This document shows positions 56,517 to 64,000 of a stretch of 64,000 nt of DNA, piece after piece. How positions within the stretch are numbered: the first letter of the stretch is position 1; each line of letters begins with the position of its first letter. The translations under genes were made by a program, and so were the position numbers. Origin of the DNA: an uncultured Alphaproteobacteria bacterium (GTDB lineage: Bacteria; Electryoneota; RPQS01); assembly GCA_964587105.1 (NCBI GenBank), contig CAZPKG010000005.1, forward strand, positions 132,540-196,539, read 5' to 3'. A model generated the notes under the pieces. The model ran no database searches, had not been told where the DNA came from, and saw nothing but the letters and a program-made list of their open reading frames with translations.

Positions 56517-57869
56517 ATGAAGAAGATATTTTTGTCACGCGGCGCGGCCGCACCCTGGCTACTGTTCATATTGAGTGCCATCGGCGTCTTGGCTCTTGTC
56601 TGGCTGCTAACGGATATTTTTGAGAAGAAACAGGAGTCGCGATACTCCTATATAAAGACGCAGGAAATCGCTTGGGGTGAACCCGACCCCGACAAATGGA
56701 AAGCGAATTTTCCGCGCGAGTATGCAGCCTACATGAAAACGCTCAAGACCTCTGAGCTTGCGAAGATCAGCCCGTACGCACGCTATGGTGGATCAGAGCA
56801 GGTCTCGAACTTAGAAAAAGATCCGCGTATGAAACGGCTGTTCGCCGGCTATGCATTTGCGGTGGAATACAATGAAGATCGCGGACACATGAACGCCGTG
56901 CCGGACATGGTCAACATTAAGCGGCTTGGCGACAAGAAGCCGGGGACGTGCATGACCTGCAAGAGTCCGCAGGTGCCGTTGTTTATCGAAGAGCATGGGG
57001 CAGAAGCGTTCTATAATACGCCCGTGAAAGACCTTGTCGAGAAGCACGGTTTCAAGCACTCGATTTCATGCGGCGATTGTCACAACTCGGAAACGATGGA
57101 GTTGCTTGTTCGGAGGCCGGCTTATATTGAAGCGCAGGCGAAGCGCGGAATCGACATTTCGACACACGAACAAAATCTGAAACGTACCGATGCCTGCGCG
57201 CAATGTCACGTAGAATACTATTGGCCGAAAGAGACGAAGTATCTGACGTTCCCGTGGGCAAAAGGTACTTCGATTGACTCGATTGAAGCATACTATGATT
57301 CTATCGGCTTCTATGACTGGGTGCACGCCGAAACCGGCGCTCACATGGTCAAGATGCAGCATCCCGAATATGAAATGTGGAGCAGCGGTATTCACTCACG
57401 CAGCGGCGTGGGATGCGCGGATTGCCACATGCCTTATACTCGTGACGGATCAATTAAGGTGACGGATCACTGGATTCGCTCCCCTTATATGAATTTGACG
57501 AACGCTTGTTTAACTTGCCATCGTGACAGCGAAGATGAGATGGCATCACGCATCCGCGAAATTCAGGACCGCACATACAACTTGATGGATCGGTCCGAAG
57601 TTGCTCTGATTGCGGCGATTGACGCCATTAAGGCGGCGGTTGAAGCGGGAGCAACGGAGGAAGAGCTTGCCGAGTGCCGCCATTTGCATCGCCGATCACA
57701 TATCCGCTGGGACTTTGTGTCGGCGGAGAACTCGATGGGGTTCCACAGTCCGCAGGAAGCCACACGCATGCTGGGTGACGCGATTGATTTTGCACGTCAG
57801 GCAGAGCTTTCTGCCACGAAACTTTTGGCCAAACACGGTAAGCTCGAAGTCGCTGCGGTCGTGAAGTAA
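56517..57869 (+). CDS. nrfA: Cytochrome c552 nitrite reductase (ammonia-forming)
   Basis: Heme 1 motif CMTCK (CXXCK) plus four CXXCH motifs (CGDCH, CAQCH, CADCH, CLTCH). Signal anchor. Confidence 0.85.
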   Translation: MKKIFLSRGAAAPWLLFILSAIGVLALVWLLTDIFEKKQESRYSYIKTQEIAWGEPDPDKWKANFPREYAAYMKTLKTSELAKISPYARYGGSEQVSNLEKDPRMKRLFAGYAFAVEYNEDRGHMNAVPDMVNIKRLGDKKPGTCMTCKSPQVPLFIEEHGAEAFYNTPVKDLVEKHGFKHSISCGDCHNSETMELLVRRPAYIEAQAKRGIDISTHEQNLKRTDACAQCHVEYYWPKETKYLTFPWAKGTSIDSIEAYYDSIGFYDWVHAETGAHMVKMQHPEYEMWSSGIHSRSGVGCADCHMPYTRDGSIKVTDHWIRSPYMNLTNACLTCHRDSEDEMASRIREIQDRTYNLMDRSEVALIAAIDAIKAAVEAGATEEELAECRHLHRRSHIRWDFVSAENSMGFHSPQEATRMLGDAIDFARQAELSATKLLAKHGKLEVAAVVK

Positions 57870-57884
57870 TCCATGGAGGGCAAA

Positions 57885-58343
57885 ATGAACAAACCCTCAT
57901 ATCTCGTTGCGCTGACGGCGATTTTGATGGGCGCTTTTGTCGCGATTGGCGGATACCTTGCATACTACAGCAAGGCATACTCATACATGCAAGATGATCC
58001 GATGGCATGTATGAACTGCCATGTCATGAAAGATGCTTACGACGGCTGGAAAGTTTCAAGCCACCGTAATGTTACATGCAATCAATGTCACACACCGAGT
58101 GATTTCGTCGGCAAGTATGCCACAAAAATGGAGCACGGCGCACGACACTCATATGTGTTCACGTTCGGTGATCCGCAGTTGATGCGGCTGAAAGAGTCAG
58201 GTGAAGATATTGTGACGGACAATTGCGTCGCGTGTCATCAGACGATGGTGAACTCGATTTTACCTGAACATGCTAACGAGCGGCGGTGTTTGCAATGCCA
58301 TGAAGGCGTCGCGCACGGACGGATGGCGAACCGGAGAAGATAG
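57885..58343 (+). CDS. nrfH: Cytochrome c nitrite reductase small subunit (NapC/NirT family)
   Basis: N-terminal TM anchor and four CXXCH motifs (CMNCH, CNQCH, CVACH, CLQCH). Confidence 0.85.
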   Translation: MNKPSYLVALTAILMGAFVAIGGYLAYYSKAYSYMQDDPMACMNCHVMKDAYDGWKVSSHRNVTCNQCHTPSDFVGKYATKMEHGARHSYVFTFGDPQLMRLKESGEDIVTDNCVACHQTMVNSILPEHANERRCLQCHEGVAHGRMANRRR

Positions 58344-58364
58344 CCCGAAAAAAGGAATATACTA

Positions 58365-58395
58365 AGAAAGCCCGCTCGATTTGAGCGGGCTTTCT
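58365..58395. terminator. Terminator-like hairpin between nrfH and the convergent gene
   Basis: AGAAAGCCCGCTC-GATTT-GAGCGGGCTTTCT. The U-tract is weak on both strands. Confidence 0.45.
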
Positions 58396-58442
58396 ACATT
58401 CTGATTCCGGCGCGGCGTGGACGCCCCGCTCGGCGAACAAAA

Positions 58443-59369
58443 CTACTTTTCTGCGGCCTTATCGAAATTGGCCCAGTTGTACACCAAGCCGATATTCAAA
58501 CCTTGCTTCAAGCGTCCGCCGAGGTCGATCTCTTTATCATACAAAAGCTGCCACGAGAAACCGACATTGATAAGCGATGACACTTTCACGCGCAGGCTGT
58601 TGTCCCAATTCAAATCGGCGGTTTTCCAATAGTCATTGGGAAGTTCGTCGGATTTTGAATTGAAGAAAGATTGAAAGACCGTCAGCTTCGAGTTAAAACT
58701 GTACTTACTCTTGGCATTACCGAGCAGCAAATCCGTCACCCATTCAGCGCCGCCATCCACAGTTGTTTCGGATAGAGTCTCAGGTGAAGATGTCGAATCC
58801 GCCGGATCGTCAAAACGTGTGAAGCGTTCACGCAAACCCAAACCGATACGCGACGTGAGCAGGGTCTTGTCCGGAACTTCAACAATCGTGCGGGCAAGAC
58901 CAGACGACTCGGTGAACTCAAGCGGATTGACGTAGCGCGTATTGTACGGGCTTGACGCATCAAGAAACTGCGATTCAACGGAGAGCGCGAAGTACGGATC
59001 CGCAAACCAACCTTTTGTTAGACGCAAAATTGCATCGCCGCGAATCTTGTCTTCAGATTTCGTCGGTGATTGCCAATCTTTTGTCTCTTTGTCCTGAATA
59101 TGCGTTTGTCCGAACGAGAGCTTCCAATCGTATTGGTTATACCAATTACGCGTAAGCTGCCGTTTGGTCATGCTGGTATAGAATGCCACCCAATTGATCG
59201 AGCCGGCTTCCCCACCGGTCCAGTTATCGGAGTATGCGGTTTGCGTCGTAACAATTCCGGTTGAGACGTCCACTTTCCACGGGCCGGGTTCCGGTTGTGC
59301 GGCGCGAACGGACGATACAGTTACAAATAGCGCGAGAATACAGAGTGAAAATTTAGTCAAGGTGTTCAT
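58443..59369 (-). CDS. DUF3078-like outer-membrane beta-barrel protein
   Basis: Signal peptide. NWTGGE motif and alternating amphipathic strands. Confidence 0.5.
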   Translation of the reverse strand: MNTLTKFSLCILALFVTVSSVRAAQPEPGPWKVDVSTGIVTTQTAYSDNWTGGEAGSINWVAFYTSMTKRQLTRNWYNQYDWKLSFGQTHIQDKETKDWQSPTKSEDKIRGDAILRLTKGWFADPYFALSVESQFLDASSPYNTRYVNPLEFTESSGLARTIVEVPDKTLLTSRIGLGLRERFTRFDDPADSTSSPETLSETTVDGGAEWVTDLLLGNAKSKYSFNSKLTVFQSFFNSKSDELPNDYWKTADLNWDNSLRVKVSSLINVGFSWQLLYDKEIDLGGRLKQGLNIGLVYNWANFDKAAEK

Positions 59370-59377
59370 CGTACAAA

Positions 59378-59806
59378 TTATTTTTTCTTCAACAGGTCGC
59401 GGATTTCTTCAAGCAGGACTTCGGACTTCGGCGGCGCAGGTGGAGTAGCGGGAGCAGCTTCTTGTTTTCTGCGCGCGGCGTTAGCAGCTTTCACAACCAT
59501 GAAGATTGCAAATGCCGTGATCAAGAAAGTGATAATCGTGTTAAACCACTCACCCCAAGCCATCACAATAGCTCCAGCGCTCTTTGCAGCTGCGATGGAA
59601 GCATATGGTCCGGGTGCAGCGCCTTCTTTCAATACCAAGAAGATATTTGAGAAGTCAACATTGCCCAACACAAGGCCAAGCGGCGGCATCAAAATACCGT
59701 CCACGAGCTTACCAACAATTGGCCCAAACGCAGCACCCATGATAATACCAACAGCCATGTCGAGTACGTTGCCGCGCATTACGAACTCTTTGAATTCCTT
59801 AAACAT
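59378..59806 (-). CDS. mscL: Large-conductance mechanosensitive channel
   Basis: [28 protein letters not shown]... Confidence 0.9.
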   Translation of the reverse strand: MFKEFKEFVMRGNVLDMAVGIIMGAAFGPIVGKLVDGILMPPLGLVLGNVDFSNIFLVLKEGAAPGPYASIAAAKSAGAIVMAWGEWFNTIITFLITAFAIFMVVKAANAARRKQEAAPATPPAPPKSEVLLEEIRDLLKKK

Positions 59807-59939
59807 ACGTTTCTCCTTTTGGGGTTAGGGAAGCGATTTGAATATAGGGTATTCTATGTAATTAGTCAATTTGTCCGTACTAAACAAAAAGAACCGCTTT
59901 GTCAGCGGTTCTTCGTCATTCTAATCGGAGCTTACGTAT

Positions 59940-60860
59940 TTAGTAATCGTCGTCTCCACCGGAGTCATCCGATCCTCCGTAGCCAGAGTAATCTTCATCC
60001 TTCTTGCGTTGAGCAACGCGCTTCTTCAGGCAATTGAAACAAACTTTTTCAATGGAGAGCCAACCATATTGTTGTCCGCAATCGGCACACGTCTGCATGC
60101 GCGGCGCCAGCCGTTTCGGGCGGGGAGGCAATTGTGATACTGGAGCAGGCGGCGGACCGGCAAGTTCAGGATCAAGAATCAACGCGCTGGAGAAAGGATC
60201 GAGATCGTCGAGGATTTCCACATCCTCGACCTCATCAACTTCTTCCATGTCTTCTTCAAGGAATTCTTCGGTCGCGCTACGCTTGCGCGCACGCACACCT
60301 TTCTTTCCACCGTCTTTCTTACGACTGCGCGCAGGACGGTCATCGTCGTCCGCATCTTCATCATCGTCAAAGTCGTCGGCGTCAATTTCGTCGTCTTCAT
60401 CATCATCAAGGTCATTTACAGCCTTCTTGCGATTCTTCCCCGGAAACTTCTCTTCCTTGTCGATGATATCGTCATCTTCTTCGTCGAGAATATCAGGCTT
60501 TCCTTTACGCACGCGCTTTGCGGGCTTTGTTTCTTCAACCTCGACAACAGGCGCCGCTTTCGCAGGTGATTTCTTCTTTGCGGCAGCCTTGGCTTCCGCG
60601 ACAGGCTTAAATTCTTCCTTGACGGCTTCAACCGTTTCCGGAGCTTCTGGCTTTTTGCTCTTTATAGTTTTGGGCAATTTTTCTGGAGTTTTTTTAGCTG
60701 GAGGTTTTGGTGAGGCAGGCTTCGTCGATTTTGCTCGTGCCGTTCCCTTCTCCGCAGGCTTAGCCTTGGAGACGGCAGATTTCTTGCTCTTTTCAGCTTT
60801 CGAGGGGGGTGTTTTTGCCCGCGTGGCCATAAGCAGCATACCTCGTTTCGAACTATTGGT
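59940..60860 (-). CDS. Histone H1-like Lys/Ala/Pro-rich protein with acidic central region and C-terminal zinc ribbon
   Basis: N-terminal KAKPAEK/PAKKTP repeats. Asp/Glu run in the centre. C-terminal CADCG...CFNC. The six-frame ORF extends to 60938. Confidence 0.5.
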   Translation of the reverse strand, partial: TNSSKRGMLLMATRAKTPPSKAEKSKKSAVSKAKPAEKGTARAKSTKPASPKPPAKKTPEKLPKTIKSKKPEAPETVEAVKEEFKPVAEAKAAAKKKSPAKAAPVVEVEETKPAKRVRKGKPDILDEEDDDIIDKEEKFPGKNRKKAVNDLDDDEDDEIDADDFDDDEDADDDDRPARSRKKDGGKKGVRARKRSATEEFLEEDMEEVDEVEDVEILDDLDPFSSALILDPELAGPPPAPVSQLPPRPKRLAPRMQTCADCGQQYGWLSIEKVCFNCLKKRVAQRKKDEDYSGYGGSDDSGGDDDY

Positions 60861-61129
60861 GCGATCGGTGCAGTCAGATAGACCAAAAACCCGCATCACT
60901 GCCGACAGGTTCCCGGTCGGAAGTGGCAAATATAGCACCGTTTTGCCAAAGGCGAACCAATATAGCCGACCGCAGGCACCCAGTCAAGAGTATAGCCGAT
61001 TGTTTTCTATGAACCTGACAGATGGGGAACAAATTTAAAACTTTGTTTATAAATAATTTGAAGTGAAATCTTGTTTTAATATTCAACGCTCTCTGGAGGC
61101 AAGGAAGCTTCCAGCTCAGCTTGTTGGGA

Positions 61130-61145
61130 TGGCACCTTACTTGCA
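61130..61145 (+). promoter_or_regulatory. Sigma-54 (-24/-12) promoter
   Basis: TGGCAC-CTTAC-TTGCA is a perfect match to the TGGCAC-N5-TTGCA consensus, about 35 nt upstream of the histidine kinase ORF. Confidence 0.6.
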
Positions 61146-61178
61146 CTTAGACCTTTCATTCAATCTTCTGACAAGCTT

Positions 61179-62807
61179 GTGAACAGTAGTCCAGGACCGA
61201 CAACCACGCAGATTTCTGTAAGTTCGACTGCTCAATACCCTTTCGCAACGGAAGGGCGGGTTCTGCTTTTGTGCGGTGAAGGGAAGCCAAATCTGGGCGC
61301 GGTCGAACAGCTTCGCTGGCGTGGTCTGGAAGTTAGAGTGACTTCGAGCAGCCTCGTGGCATTAGGGTTGATTGTTGACTTTGATCCCGAAGTCCTATGG
61401 ATTGAAAGCACAGATGGTGATGTCTCCATCGATGAGATTCTGGACGCTTTGGTAACTCCCCGGCTTGTCCGTCCGATTAGCATCGCGATCTCGATGCGTT
61501 TGAATGCAGAATCGCCGAACCTTGACCTAAGTCAGGCAGATGAAGTGCTTGATCTTGTGGCGATCGGCAGTAATCCCGCACAACTCATGCAGCTGATCAA
61601 GGTGACGCGGCTCGAGCGTCAGATCATTCAGCGGGAGAATGAAATTCTCAATTCGCTTCCGCACGCGCTGTTAGTGCTGGATCGTCAATTGATTCTGTGG
61701 AAAGTGAATACGCAAGTTGAGAAGCTCTTGGAGATATACGACTCGAACTATCGCAAGAACGCACTTGGGCGTCCGTTCGGCGTAGGGTTAGCAGCGGCGG
61801 GACTTCCGTATGATGTTGACACTCCTTTGCCTAAGCTTGTACATGAACTTGAACGCTCATTACAAAATGGCCGTGGACGATTTCGAGTGAAGGAGATTGT
61901 TGGTGGCGCGGAGCGGCTCTTCAGCGGTGAGATTACGCGCCTCGTTCATAGTCCTGACCATTACTTGATTGACTTGCGCGATATTACGGCTGACGAGCAA
62001 GCGGTGCTGGTGGAAGCTCGCCGCGAGCGACTCGCGACGATCGGTAATCTTTCGGTTGGTGTTGCCCACGAAATTCAGAACCCCAACACCTTTAGCCGCG
62101 TGAATGCTGCAAACCTGAAGATGATGGTTGAAGCAATAAAGCCAATTCTTTCACAGGCTGCGGCCGCAACTGGTGGGAAGTTGGGTAACATGCCTGCGGA
62201 AACATTCGTATTGAAAATGTCCGAGGCCGTTGGCGCAGTGGATATGGCCAGCCGCCGCATTGAAGCGGTGCTCACGACGTTGAAAGCTTTCGGCAGACAA
62301 GATGACGGTCATCTCGATGCGATCAATATCAAAACGGTTGTCGATGAGGCAGTGATGCTTGTCAAACATGAAACGCGCGGAAAGTGCGAGATGGATGTTG
62401 ACGTCGCAGAAGATTTACCGTTGGTCACGGCCTCGGCAACGGGACTGAGTCAAGTGTTGGTGAATCTATTGCAGAACTCGGTGCAGGCATTCGGCAACAA
62501 TTCGCCGCAGGGACATGGCCCGGATGGAGCAAGAATCACCATACGCACTGAAGCGGTTAATCAAGATGAAATAATTCTCTCGGTTTCGGATAACGGTCCG
62601 GGAATTCCTGAGAATTTGCAAGAAAAAATATTTCGCCCCTATTTTACCACGAAACCTCAGGGCCAAGGGACGGGTCTTGGGCTTTCGATATCGTCTGACA
62701 TGCTGCACCGGTTCGGCGGAGATTTGACATTGCGCAGTCGCGCAGGCGAAGGGGCCACCTTTTACATAAAGCTTCGGCGGCACGACGAGCCGTCGGCACA
62801 TTCATAA
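61179..62807 (+). CDS. Sensor histidine kinase (cytoplasmic, no TM segment)
   Basis: H-box (GVAHEIQNPNTF). HATPase_c N, G1 and G2 boxes (DNGPGIPE, GTGLGLSIS). Confidence 0.8.
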   Translation: MNSSPGPTTTQISVSSTAQYPFATEGRVLLLCGEGKPNLGAVEQLRWRGLEVRVTSSSLVALGLIVDFDPEVLWIESTDGDVSIDEILDALVTPRLVRPISIAISMRLNAESPNLDLSQADEVLDLVAIGSNPAQLMQLIKVTRLERQIIQRENEILNSLPHALLVLDRQLILWKVNTQVEKLLEIYDSNYRKNALGRPFGVGLAAAGLPYDVDTPLPKLVHELERSLQNGRGRFRVKEIVGGAERLFSGEITRLVHSPDHYLIDLRDITADEQAVLVEARRERLATIGNLSVGVAHEIQNPNTFSRVNAANLKMMVEAIKPILSQAAAATGGKLGNMPAETFVLKMSEAVGAVDMASRRIEAVLTTLKAFGRQDDGHLDAINIKTVVDEAVMLVKHETRGKCEMDVDVAEDLPLVTASATGLSQVLVNLLQNSVQAFGNNSPQGHGPDGARITIRTEAVNQDEIILSVSDNGPGIPENLQEKIFRPYFTTKPQGQGTGLGLSISSDMLHRFGGDLTLRSRAGEGATFYIKLRRHDEPSAHS

Positions 62808-62816
62808 GGAGCAGGT

Positions 62817-63251
62817 ATGGCGTACAAGGTAATGATCGTTGACGACGAAGACTTGATTCTGTCGTCTCTGGAAACATTTTTGACGATGCGCGGTTACGAA
62901 GTTCACACGTCGAACAACCCGATCGAAGCGCTCGAGCGCATCGAATTTGAGAAGTTCCACGTTGTATTGATGGACATCAATATGCCTCAGATGACCGGAC
63001 TTGAATTGTTGAAGCGCGTGAAGACCGCGCGTCCGACGGTGCAAGTTATCATGATGACGGCATACACGACCATCCAAAAATGCATCGAGTGCGTCGAGCG
63101 CGGCGCCAGTGATTACCTGCTCAAACCGTTTGAAGACATGGAACAACTCGCGAATCTGCTTGATGAAACGAGCCGCCGCGTCTCACGTTGGGAAGCGATC
63201 GCCAAGGAAAGCTTGCGCCATCCGCGCGACGTGACCGCACATCAAATGTAG
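62817..63251 (+). CDS. Stand-alone receiver-domain response regulator (CheY-like)
   Basis: MIVDDE, phospho-acceptor VLMDINMP, and the T and K residues (MMTAY, LLKPF). Confidence 0.85.
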   Translation: MAYKVMIVDDEDLILSSLETFLTMRGYEVHTSNNPIEALERIEFEKFHVVLMDINMPQMTGLELLKRVKTARPTVQVIMMTAYTTIQKCIECVERGASDYLLKPFEDMEQLANLLDETSRRVSRWEAIAKESLRHPRDVTAHQM

Positions 63252-63356
63252 AATATCGCGGCGCTTCGCCGAGCAGGGATTTAGCGCGCCAGCGCGGTTC
63301 CCTGCCGGAATTAGAGTGTACACTCGCGGCCATGATGTGCCGCGAATAAAAAGAAA

Positions 63357-63392
63357 CCGCAAACACGGGATGTGTTTGCGGCTTTTTGTTTT
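63357..63392 (+). terminator. Rho-independent terminator
   Basis: CCGCAAACAC-GGGAT-GTGTTTGCGG followed by CTTTTTGTTTT. Confidence 0.65.
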
Positions 63393-63406
63393 CAGTCGAT
63401 TGATTC

Positions 63407-64000
63407 TTAGAAATAGATTTGCGCGCCGAGTTGATATGTCAGATAGGAGATGCTGAACTCGACATTCAGGTCTTCATTCTCAAATGAGGCCTTGTACCGA
63501 TGATACTGTATTGCTCCGTTAAACACAATCGGTGTTTGAGGAGGCCTCAGTGCCGCTCCGCCTTCCAAAAACCAACCCCATGTGTTGTCTGACGTCAGTT
63601 CGGCGATGATGATATCACCCGGACCCGGCTGCTTGAAGATTCCTTCGGTCTTGCCCGCGCTGACTCCGGCACCGAGTATCGGAGTGATCGGACTCTCAAG
63701 TGTTCCTAACATGTGCCAACGAACTCCAGCAAGCCAGCGGCTGTTGTTGCGCCACTCCACACTACCGTCAGACTGTTTCTCATCAAAGTCCACGATACGA
63801 TAGCCGGCATAGACTTGACCGTTATCAGAGATGATTCCGGCGTCAAATTGTCCACCCATCACTCCGACCGCGTTACCATCCCAAACTGTGCCTTCGACTT
63901 CGTCAGCCGCATCACCAAAGTCACCGGTAGGTTCATTCCATTGCGCATTAGCGCCAATGAAGAAGTGCGGCGTGACGGCAAAGCTCTGGTTTAGCCCTAT
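63407..64000 (-). CDS. Outer-membrane beta-barrel protein (5' end outside window)
   Basis: C-terminal ...SYLTYQLGAQIYF with a terminal Phe. The frame stays open to the window edge. Confidence 0.5.
   Translation of the reverse strand: MGLNQSFAVTPHFFIGANAQWNEPTGDFGDAADEVEGTVWDGNAVGVMGGQFDAGIISDNGQVYAGYRIVDFDEKQSDGSVEWRNNSRWLAGVRWHMLGTLESPITPILGAGVSAGKTEGIFKQPGPGDIIIAELTSDNTWGWFLEGGAALRPPQTPIVFNGAIQYHRYKASFENEDLNVEFSISYLTYQLGAQIYF

Noticed and set aside
60034-61038. 334-aa Ser-rich + strand ORF
   Set aside because: It is antisense to the Lys/Glu/Asp-rich gene. It is low-complexity (poly-Ser from the GA-rich complement), has no RBS, and runs through the promoter region of the kinase.
1-64000. 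CRISPR arrays, rRNA or tRNA genes
   Set aside because: No regularly spaced direct repeats, no rRNA-like conserved blocks and no cloverleaf candidates were found on either strand.

Overview
This window is a high-GC (about 58-60%) bacterial chromosome segment carrying type IX secretion system (T9SS) genes, which points to an FCB-group bacterium (Fibrobacteres-Chlorobi-Bacteroidetes). Sigma-54 regulators and nitrite respiration genes nrfAH are also present. Housekeeping genes make up most of it: queG (5' partial), dapA-dapB, lysC, prfB with its programmed +1 frameshift, alr, lysS, a lolE-like permease, pgi, gpx, mutS2, cvpA, rpsU, mscL and nrfA-nrfH. Mixed in is a large T9SS complement. It comprises a porU-porV operon with an unusually large PorU (about 1800 aa) and at least six cargo genes that share the C-terminal sorting domain ('...YPNPFN...QKLLLVK'). 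The cargo genes are three tandem beta-propeller/choice-of-anchor-D proteins, an LVIVD-repeat protein, an S8 subtilase and a lamin-tail-domain protein. Three short low-GC insertions look horizontally acquired. The first (22491-23915) is an ApeA-like HEPN protein wedged between alr and a GNAT gene. The second (41985-44870, between pgi and gpx) carries an OLD/PtuA/AriA-type ABC ATPase, a small PIN-like protein and two paralogous glycine-zipper lipoproteins; this is the best candidate for an undescribed two-gene defence module. The third (11675-12781) is an orphan gene flanked by 84-bp direct repeats next to a lysC 5' pseudogene fragment. A family of about 45-bp GC-hairpin repeats (CCCCCCC-AGAGGACT-GGGGGGG) flanks a DUF559 endonuclease gene as inverted repeats. 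One partial tandem duplicate and one solo copy are also present. Other signals are a perfect sigma-54 promoter upstream of a histidine-kinase/response-regulator pair, canonical sigma-70 promoters for dapA and pgi, several rho-independent terminators, and a possible structured ncRNA in a 540-bp gene-free interval.
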